Shown here in pieces: positions 9,129 to 16,257 of a stretch of DNA of 18,304 bases. How positions within the stretch are numbered: position 1 is the first letter of the stretch; every line of letters starts with the position of its first letter. A program made the position numbers and the translations under genes. The notes below the pieces were generated by a model. The model saw only the letters and a list, made by a program, of their open reading frames with translations, had not been told where the DNA came from and did not search any database. This DNA is from Candidatus Thorarchaeota archaeon (GTDB taxonomy: Archaea > Asgardarchaeota > Thorarchaeia > Thorarchaeales > Thorarchaeaceae), in the NCBI GenBank assembly GCA_048882485.1, contig JBHLRP010000061.1:1-18304 (forward strand), in the 5' to 3' direction.

Positions 9129-9353
9129 CTAAATAGAAACACAGGTTTCTGTACGGCTAATCCCCTCAACGGTGTGGAGTGTCTGCATCAGCTTTCTGAG
9201 ATCCTCAACTGAGGGAAGCTCAGCATAGGCAATCATATCATATGGCCCTGTGACCACATCGGCCCGCTCGATTCCTTCAATTTCAGTTATTGCTTGGCAG
9301 GCCTCCCAGATGGCGCCCGCTTCGGCCCGAATAAGAATAACTACTGATACCAT
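9129..9353 (-). CDS. Stand-alone Lrp/AsnC ligand-binding (RAM) domain protein
   Basis: 74 aa with IEGIERADVVTGPYDMIA and VEGISRTETCV; no HTH domain. Confidence 0.9.
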   Translation of the reverse strand: MVSVVILIRAEAGAIWEACQAITEIEGIERADVVTGPYDMIAYAELPSVEDLRKLMQTLHTVEGISRTETCVSI

Positions 9354-9546
9354 CCCCAGTTCACCTTGGCGAGTAATAGATATGCTATATGCTGATGATA
9401 AAAAGCCTTCCGAAAAGCTGGCACCAAATTAACGGGAAGATGCATCATAATTCATTTTATGGTCTTTTTCAAATGTAATCTGAAGAAGCAATCGCCGCAA
9501 CCAAAGTCCTCTTGCCTAGGAAAAGATATTCATTTGATATTGTATC

Positions 9547-10023
9547 ATGGATGAAAAGAGGTTGGATGTATTGGCAACTGGCTATAGGGTTGAGAGAACA
9601 AATCCATCAGAAATTAGTTCCATTCTAAGTCTCCTCAATGATGTGGATCTTCCTGTTGAGGGAGTGAAGGAGCACATCTCGAATTTCTTGACATTAAAGG
9701 GCAATGACAATGAGTCGAATTTCGAACCATTGGGATGCGCAGGCTTGGAGGTATATGGCAATTCTGCTTTGCTCAGGTCGATGGCAATAGCCCCAGAATA
9801 TCAGGGAAGAGGTTTGGGTACCGTCCTTACCGAGGCGATAATAAAAGACGCCCGAGAGAAGGGAATCAAAACACTGTTTCTACTTACAGAAACCGCTGAG
9901 GACTTCTTCAGACGTTTTGGCTTCCGAGTGGTAGAGAGAGGGATTGTTCCAAGAGATGTGAAGACATCAATCGAATTCACCAAGTTGTGTACGGAAACGC
10001 CCGCCATGATGTTGGAAATCTAG
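9547..10023 (+). CDS. GNAT N-acetyltransferase, ArsN2-like
   Basis: GCAGLEVYGNSALLRSMAI, QGRGLG acetyl-CoA motif, LFLLTETAEDFFRRFGF and C-terminal SIEFTKLC. Alternative TTG start at 9571. Confidence 0.87.
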   Translation: MDEKRLDVLATGYRVERTNPSEISSILSLLNDVDLPVEGVKEHISNFLTLKGNDNESNFEPLGCAGLEVYGNSALLRSMAIAPEYQGRGLGTVLTEAIIKDAREKGIKTLFLLTETAEDFFRRFGFRVVERGIVPRDVKTSIEFTKLCTETPAMMLEI

Positions 10024-10072
10024 ACGGCACGCTTATGATGGGTGATGTTTCACCATTGAATGGGGTCCAAAC

Positions 10073-10987
10073 TTGAGGCTTACAAAGGAGAACTTCACGA
10101 AGGCCAGCGTGTTTGTGCGTTTCAATGCAAGACCTGTCGATCGAGCCCTATATGAGTACCACTTTGAAAATGGCCCAATTAGTACAGTCTTGGAAGAACT
10201 GGCAAAATTCCAGAATGACGATGGAGGGTTTGGTAATGCCATCGAGCCGGATTTCAGACTCAAGGCATCATCACCAATGGCGACGTCAGTGGGGCTCCAA
10301 TACTGTACTGAACTTGGACTCGAGTCCGACCACCCTATCATTGAAAGTGCAATCAAGTACTTGGTGTCCACGTATGACTTTGAAAATGATTATTGGCCAG
10401 CTACATCTCCGGATGTCAATGATGAGCCTCATGCGCCATGGTGGCATGTTATCAAGATAGCCCCTCCAGAGGAGAAGAACTGGCCAAATCCAAGTGCGGA
10501 GATACTAGGCTACGTCCACAAGCATTCGGTTCATGTTCCAAAAGGCCTACTGAAGCAGGTGAACAGACGCGCCCTGGAAAACCTGAACAGCTCGGAAACC
10601 ATCGGTGGCCTGTACAATCTGATGTGCTGGGATAGGGCATATCGATACCTCCCTGAACCCCTCAGGTCAGATGTGGAGAAGAAACTGACTCGAACAATTC
10701 AAGCTATTATGCCGCTTACATCGGAGGCACTGGGAGAGATTAGAATTTCATGGCTTGCCCCCTCAACGGACTCACTCTTTCTCATGAATCCTGACAACCT
10801 GTACAAGTTGCTGGCTGAAGAGATCCATAGGCAGGCTGAAGATGGGGGGTGGTGGCCAGCTTGGAAATGGGGTCAGTTCGAGGATGTCTGGCCTATAGCT
10901 GAAAGAGAATGGGCAGGGAAGATTACTGTACACTGCCTGACGACTCTGAGAGCCTTTAATCTAAATGACAGGCTGATTGAGCCATAA
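10073..10987 (+). CDS. Hypothetical protein with prenyltransferase/terpene-cyclase-like alpha-barrel (QW-type) repeats
   Basis: FQNDDGGFG..IEPDFR and RQAEDGGW motifs, Trp-rich (HAPWW). TTG start. Confidence 0.6.
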   Translation: MRLTKENFTKASVFVRFNARPVDRALYEYHFENGPISTVLEELAKFQNDDGGFGNAIEPDFRLKASSPMATSVGLQYCTELGLESDHPIIESAIKYLVSTYDFENDYWPATSPDVNDEPHAPWWHVIKIAPPEEKNWPNPSAEILGYVHKHSVHVPKGLLKQVNRRALENLNSSETIGGLYNLMCWDRAYRYLPEPLRSDVEKKLTRTIQAIMPLTSEALGEIRISWLAPSTDSLFLMNPDNLYKLLAEEIHRQAEDGGWWPAWKWGQFEDVWPIAEREWAGKITVHCLTTLRAFNLNDRLIEP

Positions 10988-10994
10988 GAGAATT

Positions 10995-11216
10995 CTATTG
11001 ATTTGAAGAGGTCATTGAACCCCAAACGCATATGCAAAGAATGACCAGAATAATCACAAACCATGAGCCAAAGGCAACTGGCTCATAAATCCCATAACCA
11101 AAGTCCACAAGCAGGAAGGGGAAGAGGAGGAGATCAACAAATAGCCATGCGGTGAAGATGATTACACCAGCAATTATGGATGCCAATCTTCTAGGATTAT
11201 TCAGCAGAGAGTTCAT
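10995..11216 (-). CDS. Small two-TM membrane protein (73 aa)
   Basis: 3' part of track ORF 10995..11489 from ATG 11216 (MNSLLNNPRRLASIIAG...). It has two hydrophobic helices and fills the gap between neighbours. Confidence 0.62.
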   Translation of the reverse strand: MNSLLNNPRRLASIIAGVIIFTAWLFVDLLLFPFLLVDFGYGIYEPVAFGSWFVIILVILCICVWGSMTSSNQ

Positions 11217-11277
11217 TTTGAAACATTTGAGCCACAATTGACTCCTTCTTAAGTCGTATTCTGTGTACATCCGTCCA

Positions 11278-12399
11278 ATGAAAGGGTATAAGGAAGCAGT
11301 CACACCAAGCCAGTTCGAGTCTACATTGCCACAAGATGCTATTACTCTCATAGACCAGTCAGGAAACGACAAGCATGTCGCTCCATTTATCAAGCCCAGT
11401 CTTGAAGCATTTGAGAATCCAGAACGAATTGAGATGACGTTGCAGTACCTTGAAGAAACGAAGTCACTGGAACATGTAAAGACGTTCAAAACAGCTCAGG
11501 CAACAGAAGAGGAGGCCCTTCTTGTCCATAAACCATATCTCGTTCAGTCGATTCAGCTGATGTCCGATCTTGGTGGAGGCGAGTTGGGGGAATCAGCCTG
11601 GGCAAGTGAAGATCTGTGGTCCTCAGCTATGCATGCTTTAGGAGGGGCCCTCCTTGCAGGCGAATTAGTCGCTTCGAAGGCATGCAGACACTCGTTTGCT
11701 CTGGTTCGACCTCCAGGACATCATGCAACAACCTCTTCATCCATGGGCCTCTGCTTCTTCAACAATGTGGCAATCGCAGTCAGAAACATTCAGGCTGAGA
11801 ATGGGATTCAGAGAGTTTCGATTCTCGATATAGACGACCACTTTGGAAATGGGACGTCTGAGATCTTCTATGAGGATTCTAATGTTCAGTTCATCAGCAT
11901 CCATGAGTATGATTACACGAGCTTCGGAATCGGGCACTATCGAGAGATTGGGCATGGTAATGGAGCTGGAACTAACATCAATATTCCTCTACATCGAGAG
12001 GCGTCTGATTCAACCTACCGGATGGCGATTGATAAGGTTGTGACTCCAGCCATAGAGAAGTTCAATCCAGATGTTATTGCGGTTTCAGCTGGATATGATG
12101 CACATTTTGCAGACCCCATTGGGGAGATGGCTGTGGATTCTGAAACCTATTGGTACATAGCATCTGTGGTTGAGAGGCTCGTCGACTCTTGCGGGATGAA
12201 AGGGTCATTTTGGGTCCTTGAAGGTGGCTATAATCCGTTGACTCTTGGACCATGTGTCAAGGCAACATTGGAGGGGCTGCATGGGAAGCCTTGCCCTCAG
12301 CTTGAGGACCAAGAGCCACGAGAGATAGAGGAGGATGTGGTGAAGCTTAACCGCAAGACCATCAAGAAGGTCTTGGAATCGGTTTCTTCCTTCATATGA
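11278..12399 (+). CDS. Histone deacetylase family protein, class II-like
   Basis: ENPERI, RPPGHHA, GLCFFNN, LDIDDHFGNGT, NINIPL, SAGYDAH..DP and LEGGY. Start is ATG 11278 or GTG 11263. Confidence 0.93.
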   Translation: MKGYKEAVTPSQFESTLPQDAITLIDQSGNDKHVAPFIKPSLEAFENPERIEMTLQYLEETKSLEHVKTFKTAQATEEEALLVHKPYLVQSIQLMSDLGGGELGESAWASEDLWSSAMHALGGALLAGELVASKACRHSFALVRPPGHHATTSSSMGLCFFNNVAIAVRNIQAENGIQRVSILDIDDHFGNGTSEIFYEDSNVQFISIHEYDYTSFGIGHYREIGHGNGAGTNINIPLHREASDSTYRMAIDKVVTPAIEKFNPDVIAVSAGYDAHFADPIGEMAVDSETYWYIASVVERLVDSCGMKGSFWVLEGGYNPLTLGPCVKATLEGLHGKPCPQLEDQEPREIEEDVVKLNRKTIKKVLESVSSFI

Positions 12400-12479
12400 T
12401 ATCAGTGCGTTTTGGAACCAATGCTTAATCCGCTAATCATAATATAGACCGAACATGCTGATTCACAGGTAGTTGAAGA

Positions 12480-14180
12480 ATGCTGCATGATGACGACTCT
12501 AATCGTTCTTGTCCTTCCCATGATATGCAAAAGGTGAGAAAGACCGGACTTTGGACACTGGGAATTCTCGCTGCCGTGAGTGGCTTCTGGATTGCCCTGA
12601 GGTCTGGAAGCAAGCCTACGAGAATCGTATATCCATGTCAGCAGGCCGCGCTATCAAATATCCAAGTGTTCAAAGTTGCAGTTCTAGCGCTCATTCCCAG
12701 TATTGGAAGGATTCGATTCCTCTTAGGAAAGATGAAGCCAGTTGCTGTCCTAGTGGCCCTGATTGTCGGAACTGTATTGCTCACTAGCAATTCCACTGAT
12801 TTTGGACTAGCCTTCACTACTGCAGAGAATGACAACTACACCAGAGTCCCTCTAAATCTGACGACGCACACTTCTGTTGAGGCTGTGTCTAATCTCTATA
12901 TAGTTCAGAACGCTACAGGAACAAATGGGAACATGGATGTCGCTGTAGGCGCATTGCTTGACATGATGGAGTCAGAAGACCTTGATTTCTACAAGTCTTC
13001 ACAGACTCCTTCTGGAATGATAGGGAATGATGACGTCATAATTCTGAAGGTGAACGGCCAATGGGCCTCCCGAGGAGGGACCAACACCGACCTGGTCAAG
13101 AGTGTCATCACTGCCATTGGGAATCATCCTGACGGTTTCACCGGAGAGATTGTAGTCGCTGACAATGGACAAGGGCTCGGAAACCTCGATTTCTATCTTG
13201 CCAATTCCTACTATCGCAATCAATCGTTGACTGATGTTGTGAACTCCTTCAGCGAGTTCAACGTTTCCACCTACTTGTGGGATACCCTCCGTTCCAGCAC
13301 CGTTGATGAATACTCTGAGGGAGACCTCACAGATGGTTATGTCTTGAACAGCACTTGGGATTTCGACACAGAGATCTTCACCTCATACCCCAAGTTCAGA
13401 ACGGTACATGGAACATACATCAGCTTCAGGAATGGCATTTGGGACAGTGAAACAGGCTATGACTCTGACAGACTGAAGGTCATCAACATGCCTGTGTTGA
13501 AGTCTCACTTCCGATATGGCGTGACTGGCTGCGTGAAGAACTACATGGGCTTGCCGAAGGGCCATATCGTGGGTTCAGTTGATCCCGGAATCCCGCATGA
13601 GCACTTCTCTATAGCACTTGGTGGAATGGCAACCCTCATGGTCCAAACGAGGGCGCCTGTTCTTAATATCTTGGACATGGTTTGGATCAATGCTCATCCA
13701 ATGGAGAGCTCGACTCGACGGGGGCCATGGAGTGTGTATTCGGCTGCCAGCTTCACGGATATCATAGGTGCCAGTCAGGATCCGGTAGCTCTGGACTATT
13801 GGGCATCCAAGAATGTGCTCTGTGACACAGCTGAATATCTGAATTACACAACATATTCATCTCTGAGTCCGGACTATGAGCCACTTAGTGACCAATACTA
13901 TGGCTCCGAGCCTATGGATGAATCATTCCACAACTACCTCGAGAGATCTATGAACGTGTTGTTAGAATTTGGATATACAGCCACGATGAATGAAACAGAA
14001 ATGAATGCTTATGTCGTGCAGCTTGTAGGAAATACGGTACCATGGCCCACCACTACGCCTAACACTACAGACCCAGCTGGTGGATGGATTGACTTGCCAA
14101 TCGCAATGGCATTGATACTGCCAATCTCAGCAGCCACCATCGTTCTTGGTGCAGCCCTGATCAAAAGGAGAAATGAATAG
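12480..14180 (+). CDS. DUF362-family protein, membrane-anchored at both ends
   Basis: ILKVN, TNTDLVKSVI, VVADNG, INMPVLKSH, GVTGCVKNYMG and ASQDPVALD motifs. N-terminal TMs with a KPTRIVYPCQQAA motif; C-terminal T/P linker, TM and KRR. Confidence 0.78.
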   Translation: MLHDDDSNRSCPSHDMQKVRKTGLWTLGILAAVSGFWIALRSGSKPTRIVYPCQQAALSNIQVFKVAVLALIPSIGRIRFLLGKMKPVAVLVALIVGTVLLTSNSTDFGLAFTTAENDNYTRVPLNLTTHTSVEAVSNLYIVQNATGTNGNMDVAVGALLDMMESEDLDFYKSSQTPSGMIGNDDVIILKVNGQWASRGGTNTDLVKSVITAIGNHPDGFTGEIVVADNGQGLGNLDFYLANSYYRNQSLTDVVNSFSEFNVSTYLWDTLRSSTVDEYSEGDLTDGYVLNSTWDFDTEIFTSYPKFRTVHGTYISFRNGIWDSETGYDSDRLKVINMPVLKSHFRYGVTGCVKNYMGLPKGHIVGSVDPGIPHEHFSIALGGMATLMVQTRAPVLNILDMVWINAHPMESSTRRGPWSVYSAASFTDIIGASQDPVALDYWASKNVLCDTAEYLNYTTYSSLSPDYEPLSDQYYGSEPMDESFHNYLERSMNVLLEFGYTATMNETEMNAYVVQLVGNTVPWPTTTPNTTDPAGGWIDLPIAMALILPISAATIVLGAALIKRRNE

Positions 14181-14274
14181 GTGCGGCCCTGCATTTCATC
14201 TCTCAGTATCAGGTAGTTCCTGCAATGCAACTTGCCTAACACTCCTGGTGAAACGCATATCTGTAGTCCGCACC
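14180..14274. other. 95-bp long imperfect hairpin with 7-bp terminal inverted repeats (MITE-like element, structured RNA or terminator)
   Basis: GGTGCGG (14180-14186) pairs with CCGCACC (14268-14274). Inner arms are TTTCATC/GGTGAAA and AGTATCAGGTAGTT/AACTTGCCTAACACT. ATA flanks both sides. Confidence 0.45.
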
Positions 14275-14313
14275 ATAGTCTGTCTAGGGCTCTGTTAATA
14301 TGGAATGAAGGTT

Positions 14314-14589
14314 CTAGTTCTGTAGAATTTTCTTACCTTTCACAATAATAGAACCAACCACCATCAGAACGACTCCATAAATCACGCCATTTACGGCGGC
14401 TCGCATTAGGTGCAAGGAGGAATCTCGAAGAGAACTTGTACCCGGCGAGATAAGAGAGAGCGCGGGAAGAATCGTGTCTGGATAAAGATATGTCAAACCA
14501 GCAGCGATGCCGAATCCTATTATGAGAAAGCCAACCATGAGACCAATGTTCACATGGGGTTTGCTTCTGACGAATTTCTCCTTAGACAA
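14314..14589 (-). CDS. Small two-TM membrane protein with bacterial EF-Tu-like N-terminal peptide (91 aa)
   Basis: TTG 14589 follows SD GGTGAT at a 3-nt spacing, the same as at 17541. Translation is MSKEKFVRSKPHVNIG, then TM1 (LMVGFLIIGFGIAAGLTYLY), TM2 (AAVNGVIYGVVLMVVGSIIV) and a basic tail. Confidence 0.8.
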   Translation of the reverse strand: MSKEKFVRSKPHVNIGLMVGFLIIGFGIAAGLTYLYPDTILPALSLISPGTSSLRDSSLHLMRAAVNGVIYGVVLMVVGSIIVKGKKILQN

Positions 14590-14603
14590 CCAATCACCCA
14601 AAA

Positions 14604-14617
14604 TTAACTATTGTTAC
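14604..14617. promoter_or_regulatory. Putative operator TAAC-N4-GTTA, copy 2
   Basis: TTAACTATTGTTA is identical to 9057-9069 over 13 bp. It has the same orientation and nearly the same distance to the start codon of a minus-strand gene. Confidence 0.6.
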
Positions 14618-14721
14618 CAACTTAATTGTGTGTCGGAAGCTCCTTGTCAAAGGCATGGCGTTGAAATGAACAACTATATCGTCACAACGCAATATACTTT
14701 CTTGCTCTCGTGGTGAGTATA

Positions 14722-15339
14722 ATGGCTGATGAGCTAATCTTCAGAGTCTTGTTCGTAGCACTCTATGGGCTCTTTCTCATTCCAAGGGGATACTATCGGT
14801 TTGTCAAGCCAAGGCAGGAGAAAGAGGAACCAGGGGAAACAGATCGCGCGTCCGTTGGACGAATCCAAATTGCCCTGACTCTCATCATTCTGAGCGGCCT
14901 GATATCATCAATCCTTTACATATTGGGATTGCCTTGGATGGATTGGTTTCAGATACTACAGTATCCAATCTGGCTCCGAATTGCCGGGGCAGTCCTTGTT
15001 CTCATCATGATACCACTACTTGCTTGGATTCATCGCGAACTTGATAGACAATATTCAGCAGTATTGGAGATCAAGAGCGACCATCAACTAATCACAACAG
15101 GGCCCTATGAAAAAGTTCGACATCCAATGTACACAGTGTTGATTCTGTTCTTTTTCGGATTGTCTTTGGTTTCTGCAAACCTGATTGTCATTGTCTTTGC
15201 TGTGCTCCTCATGTTGGCATTTCCGTTTTGGGTACGAATTGAAGAGGAGAAGATGATTGAAACCTTTGGTGAGGAGTACATTGAGTACATGAAGAGAACG
15301 GGTCGCTTCTTTCCTCCATTTAAGACGGAACCAGCTTGA
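14722..15339 (+). CDS. Isoprenylcysteine carboxyl methyltransferase (ICMT/STE14/PEMT) family membrane protein
   Basis: HQLITTGPYEKVRHPMY and RIEEEKMIETFGEEYIEYMKRTGRFFP motifs with multiple TMs. ATG 14722 follows SD GGTGA. Confidence 0.92.
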   Translation: MADELIFRVLFVALYGLFLIPRGYYRFVKPRQEKEEPGETDRASVGRIQIALTLIILSGLISSILYILGLPWMDWFQILQYPIWLRIAGAVLVLIMIPLLAWIHRELDRQYSAVLEIKSDHQLITTGPYEKVRHPMYTVLILFFFGLSLVSANLIVIVFAVLLMLAFPFWVRIEEEKMIETFGEEYIEYMKRTGRFFPPFKTEPA

Positions 15340-15450
15340 ACTACTCATTATTGCCCCAAGTTTCGTCTGATGATATGCCTCATAGTACATATCCTACTCA
15401 GAAGAATATTCTAAAAGGAAGTTGAGCTAATAGGATAGCAAGGTGGTCTT

Positions 15451-15729
15451 ATGGGTTCGGAGGATTTCCAGGGCTCAGGATTCTGGAAGATGAAGCTTGT
15501 CTTTCGACTAATCATGCTCGCGGGTCTGGTCATTATCTGGTGGGGTTTCGGTGAACTTGTAGCTGATTACATCATATGGGCTGGCATCGAGTGGGTTCGA
15601 GTTTCAAGTGTGGGCTCGATTGTCATTGGATTTGGTATTGTTGTATCTACTGCTATCGTCGATAGGATGGTGGACAGGCTCTACGGTTTGTACCTTGGCG
15701 AATCAAAAAAAATGGGCGGGGACGAGTAG
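15451..15729 (+). CDS. Small two-TM membrane protein (92 aa); possible 5' half of a frameshifted gene
   Basis: SD AGGTG upstream, two hydrophobic helices and an A8 run near the 3' end. Confidence 0.68.
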   Translation: MGSEDFQGSGFWKMKLVFRLIMLAGLVIIWWGFGELVADYIIWAGIEWVRVSSVGSIVIGFGIVVSTAIVDRMVDRLYGLYLGESKKMGGDE

Positions 15730-15734
15730 TCCCC
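15705..15734 (+). other. Candidate -1 programmed ribosomal frameshift signal
   Basis: In-frame heptamer A_AAA_AAA (15705-15711), 6-nt spacer ATGGGC, then stem-loop GGGGAC-GAGTA-GTCCCC (15718-15734). The -1 frame is open through to 16151. Confidence 0.45.
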
Positions 15735-15761
15735 AAGCTAGGTCGTCTACCGAGCAGATTC

Positions 15762-16151
15762 TTGGCCATAATAGGGATGGTGATAGTCCTACTTGTCACA
15801 GTGGGAGGACTGTTTTTTGTGCCCATTTACACCGGAACCTACTCAGCAGCTCCAGCCCTTTTCTTATCAGGTGGAGAGTCAACAGGTATCTATGGGTTTG
15901 TCTATCAAGAGCCATTTAACGAAACCACTGGAGAATGGACGCCTGCTGCTGGAGTAAGTGTCCGAATCTTTGCTACTGATGAACTCTTCAGTGAAACTGT
16001 CTTGACTGATCATGAAGGGGAATTCAGATCATATAGTGATTACAGATCAGGCCAGGTCTTGACACTGACCATAGAGGGACAACGATTTCGTGCCTTCATA
16101 CCTTATTTTGCGCGTGGTTTTGTATATCTAGGAGAGTTTTACTTGGAGTGA
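15762..16151 (+). CDS. Membrane-anchored extracellular beta-sandwich protein (carboxypeptidase-regulatory/transthyretin-like); start uncertain
   Basis: N-terminal TM, then GFV...AAGVSVRI...TDHEGEF pattern and an NET sequon. No clear SD before TTG 15762; the frame is open from 15666. Confidence 0.62.
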   Translation: MAIIGMVIVLLVTVGGLFFVPIYTGTYSAAPALFLSGGESTGIYGFVYQEPFNETTGEWTPAAGVSVRIFATDELFSETVLTDHEGEFRSYSDYRSGQVLTLTIEGQRFRAFIPYFARGFVYLGEFYLE

Positions 16152-16257
16152 GAATAAAGAAGAATGGTGAAGGGACGGAACTAAACGTGCAAGCACACCG
16201 CAGAACTCTCAGGGATATATTCCAAGTTGAGTAACGAATAAAACAGACATCCAATCA

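Noticed and set aside
9547-10023. Arsenic-resistance operon
   Set aside because: The ArsN2-like GNAT stands alone, with no arsR, arsC, acr3 or arsM nearby.
14314-14589. Calling this ORF a tuf (EF-Tu) gene or pseudogene
   Set aside because: Similarity ends at residue 16. No GHVDHGKT P-loop follows in frame, and the rest is an intact two-TM protein.
10073-15339. Eukaryote-like protein prenylation pathway (QW-barrel protein plus ICMT)
   Set aside because: The genes are not adjacent and both folds are widespread in prokaryotes. I saw no CaaX-ending protein, prenyltransferase alpha subunit or CaaX protease in the window.
15361-15395. CTGATGA followed by a short TATG/CATA stem, resembling a hammerhead core
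   Set aside because: The required GAAA is replaced by GTAC, and no stems I or III are evident.
15608-15919. 103-aa ORF in the third frame across the frameshift region
   Set aside because: It overlaps two better-supported membrane ORFs and has no protein-like features.
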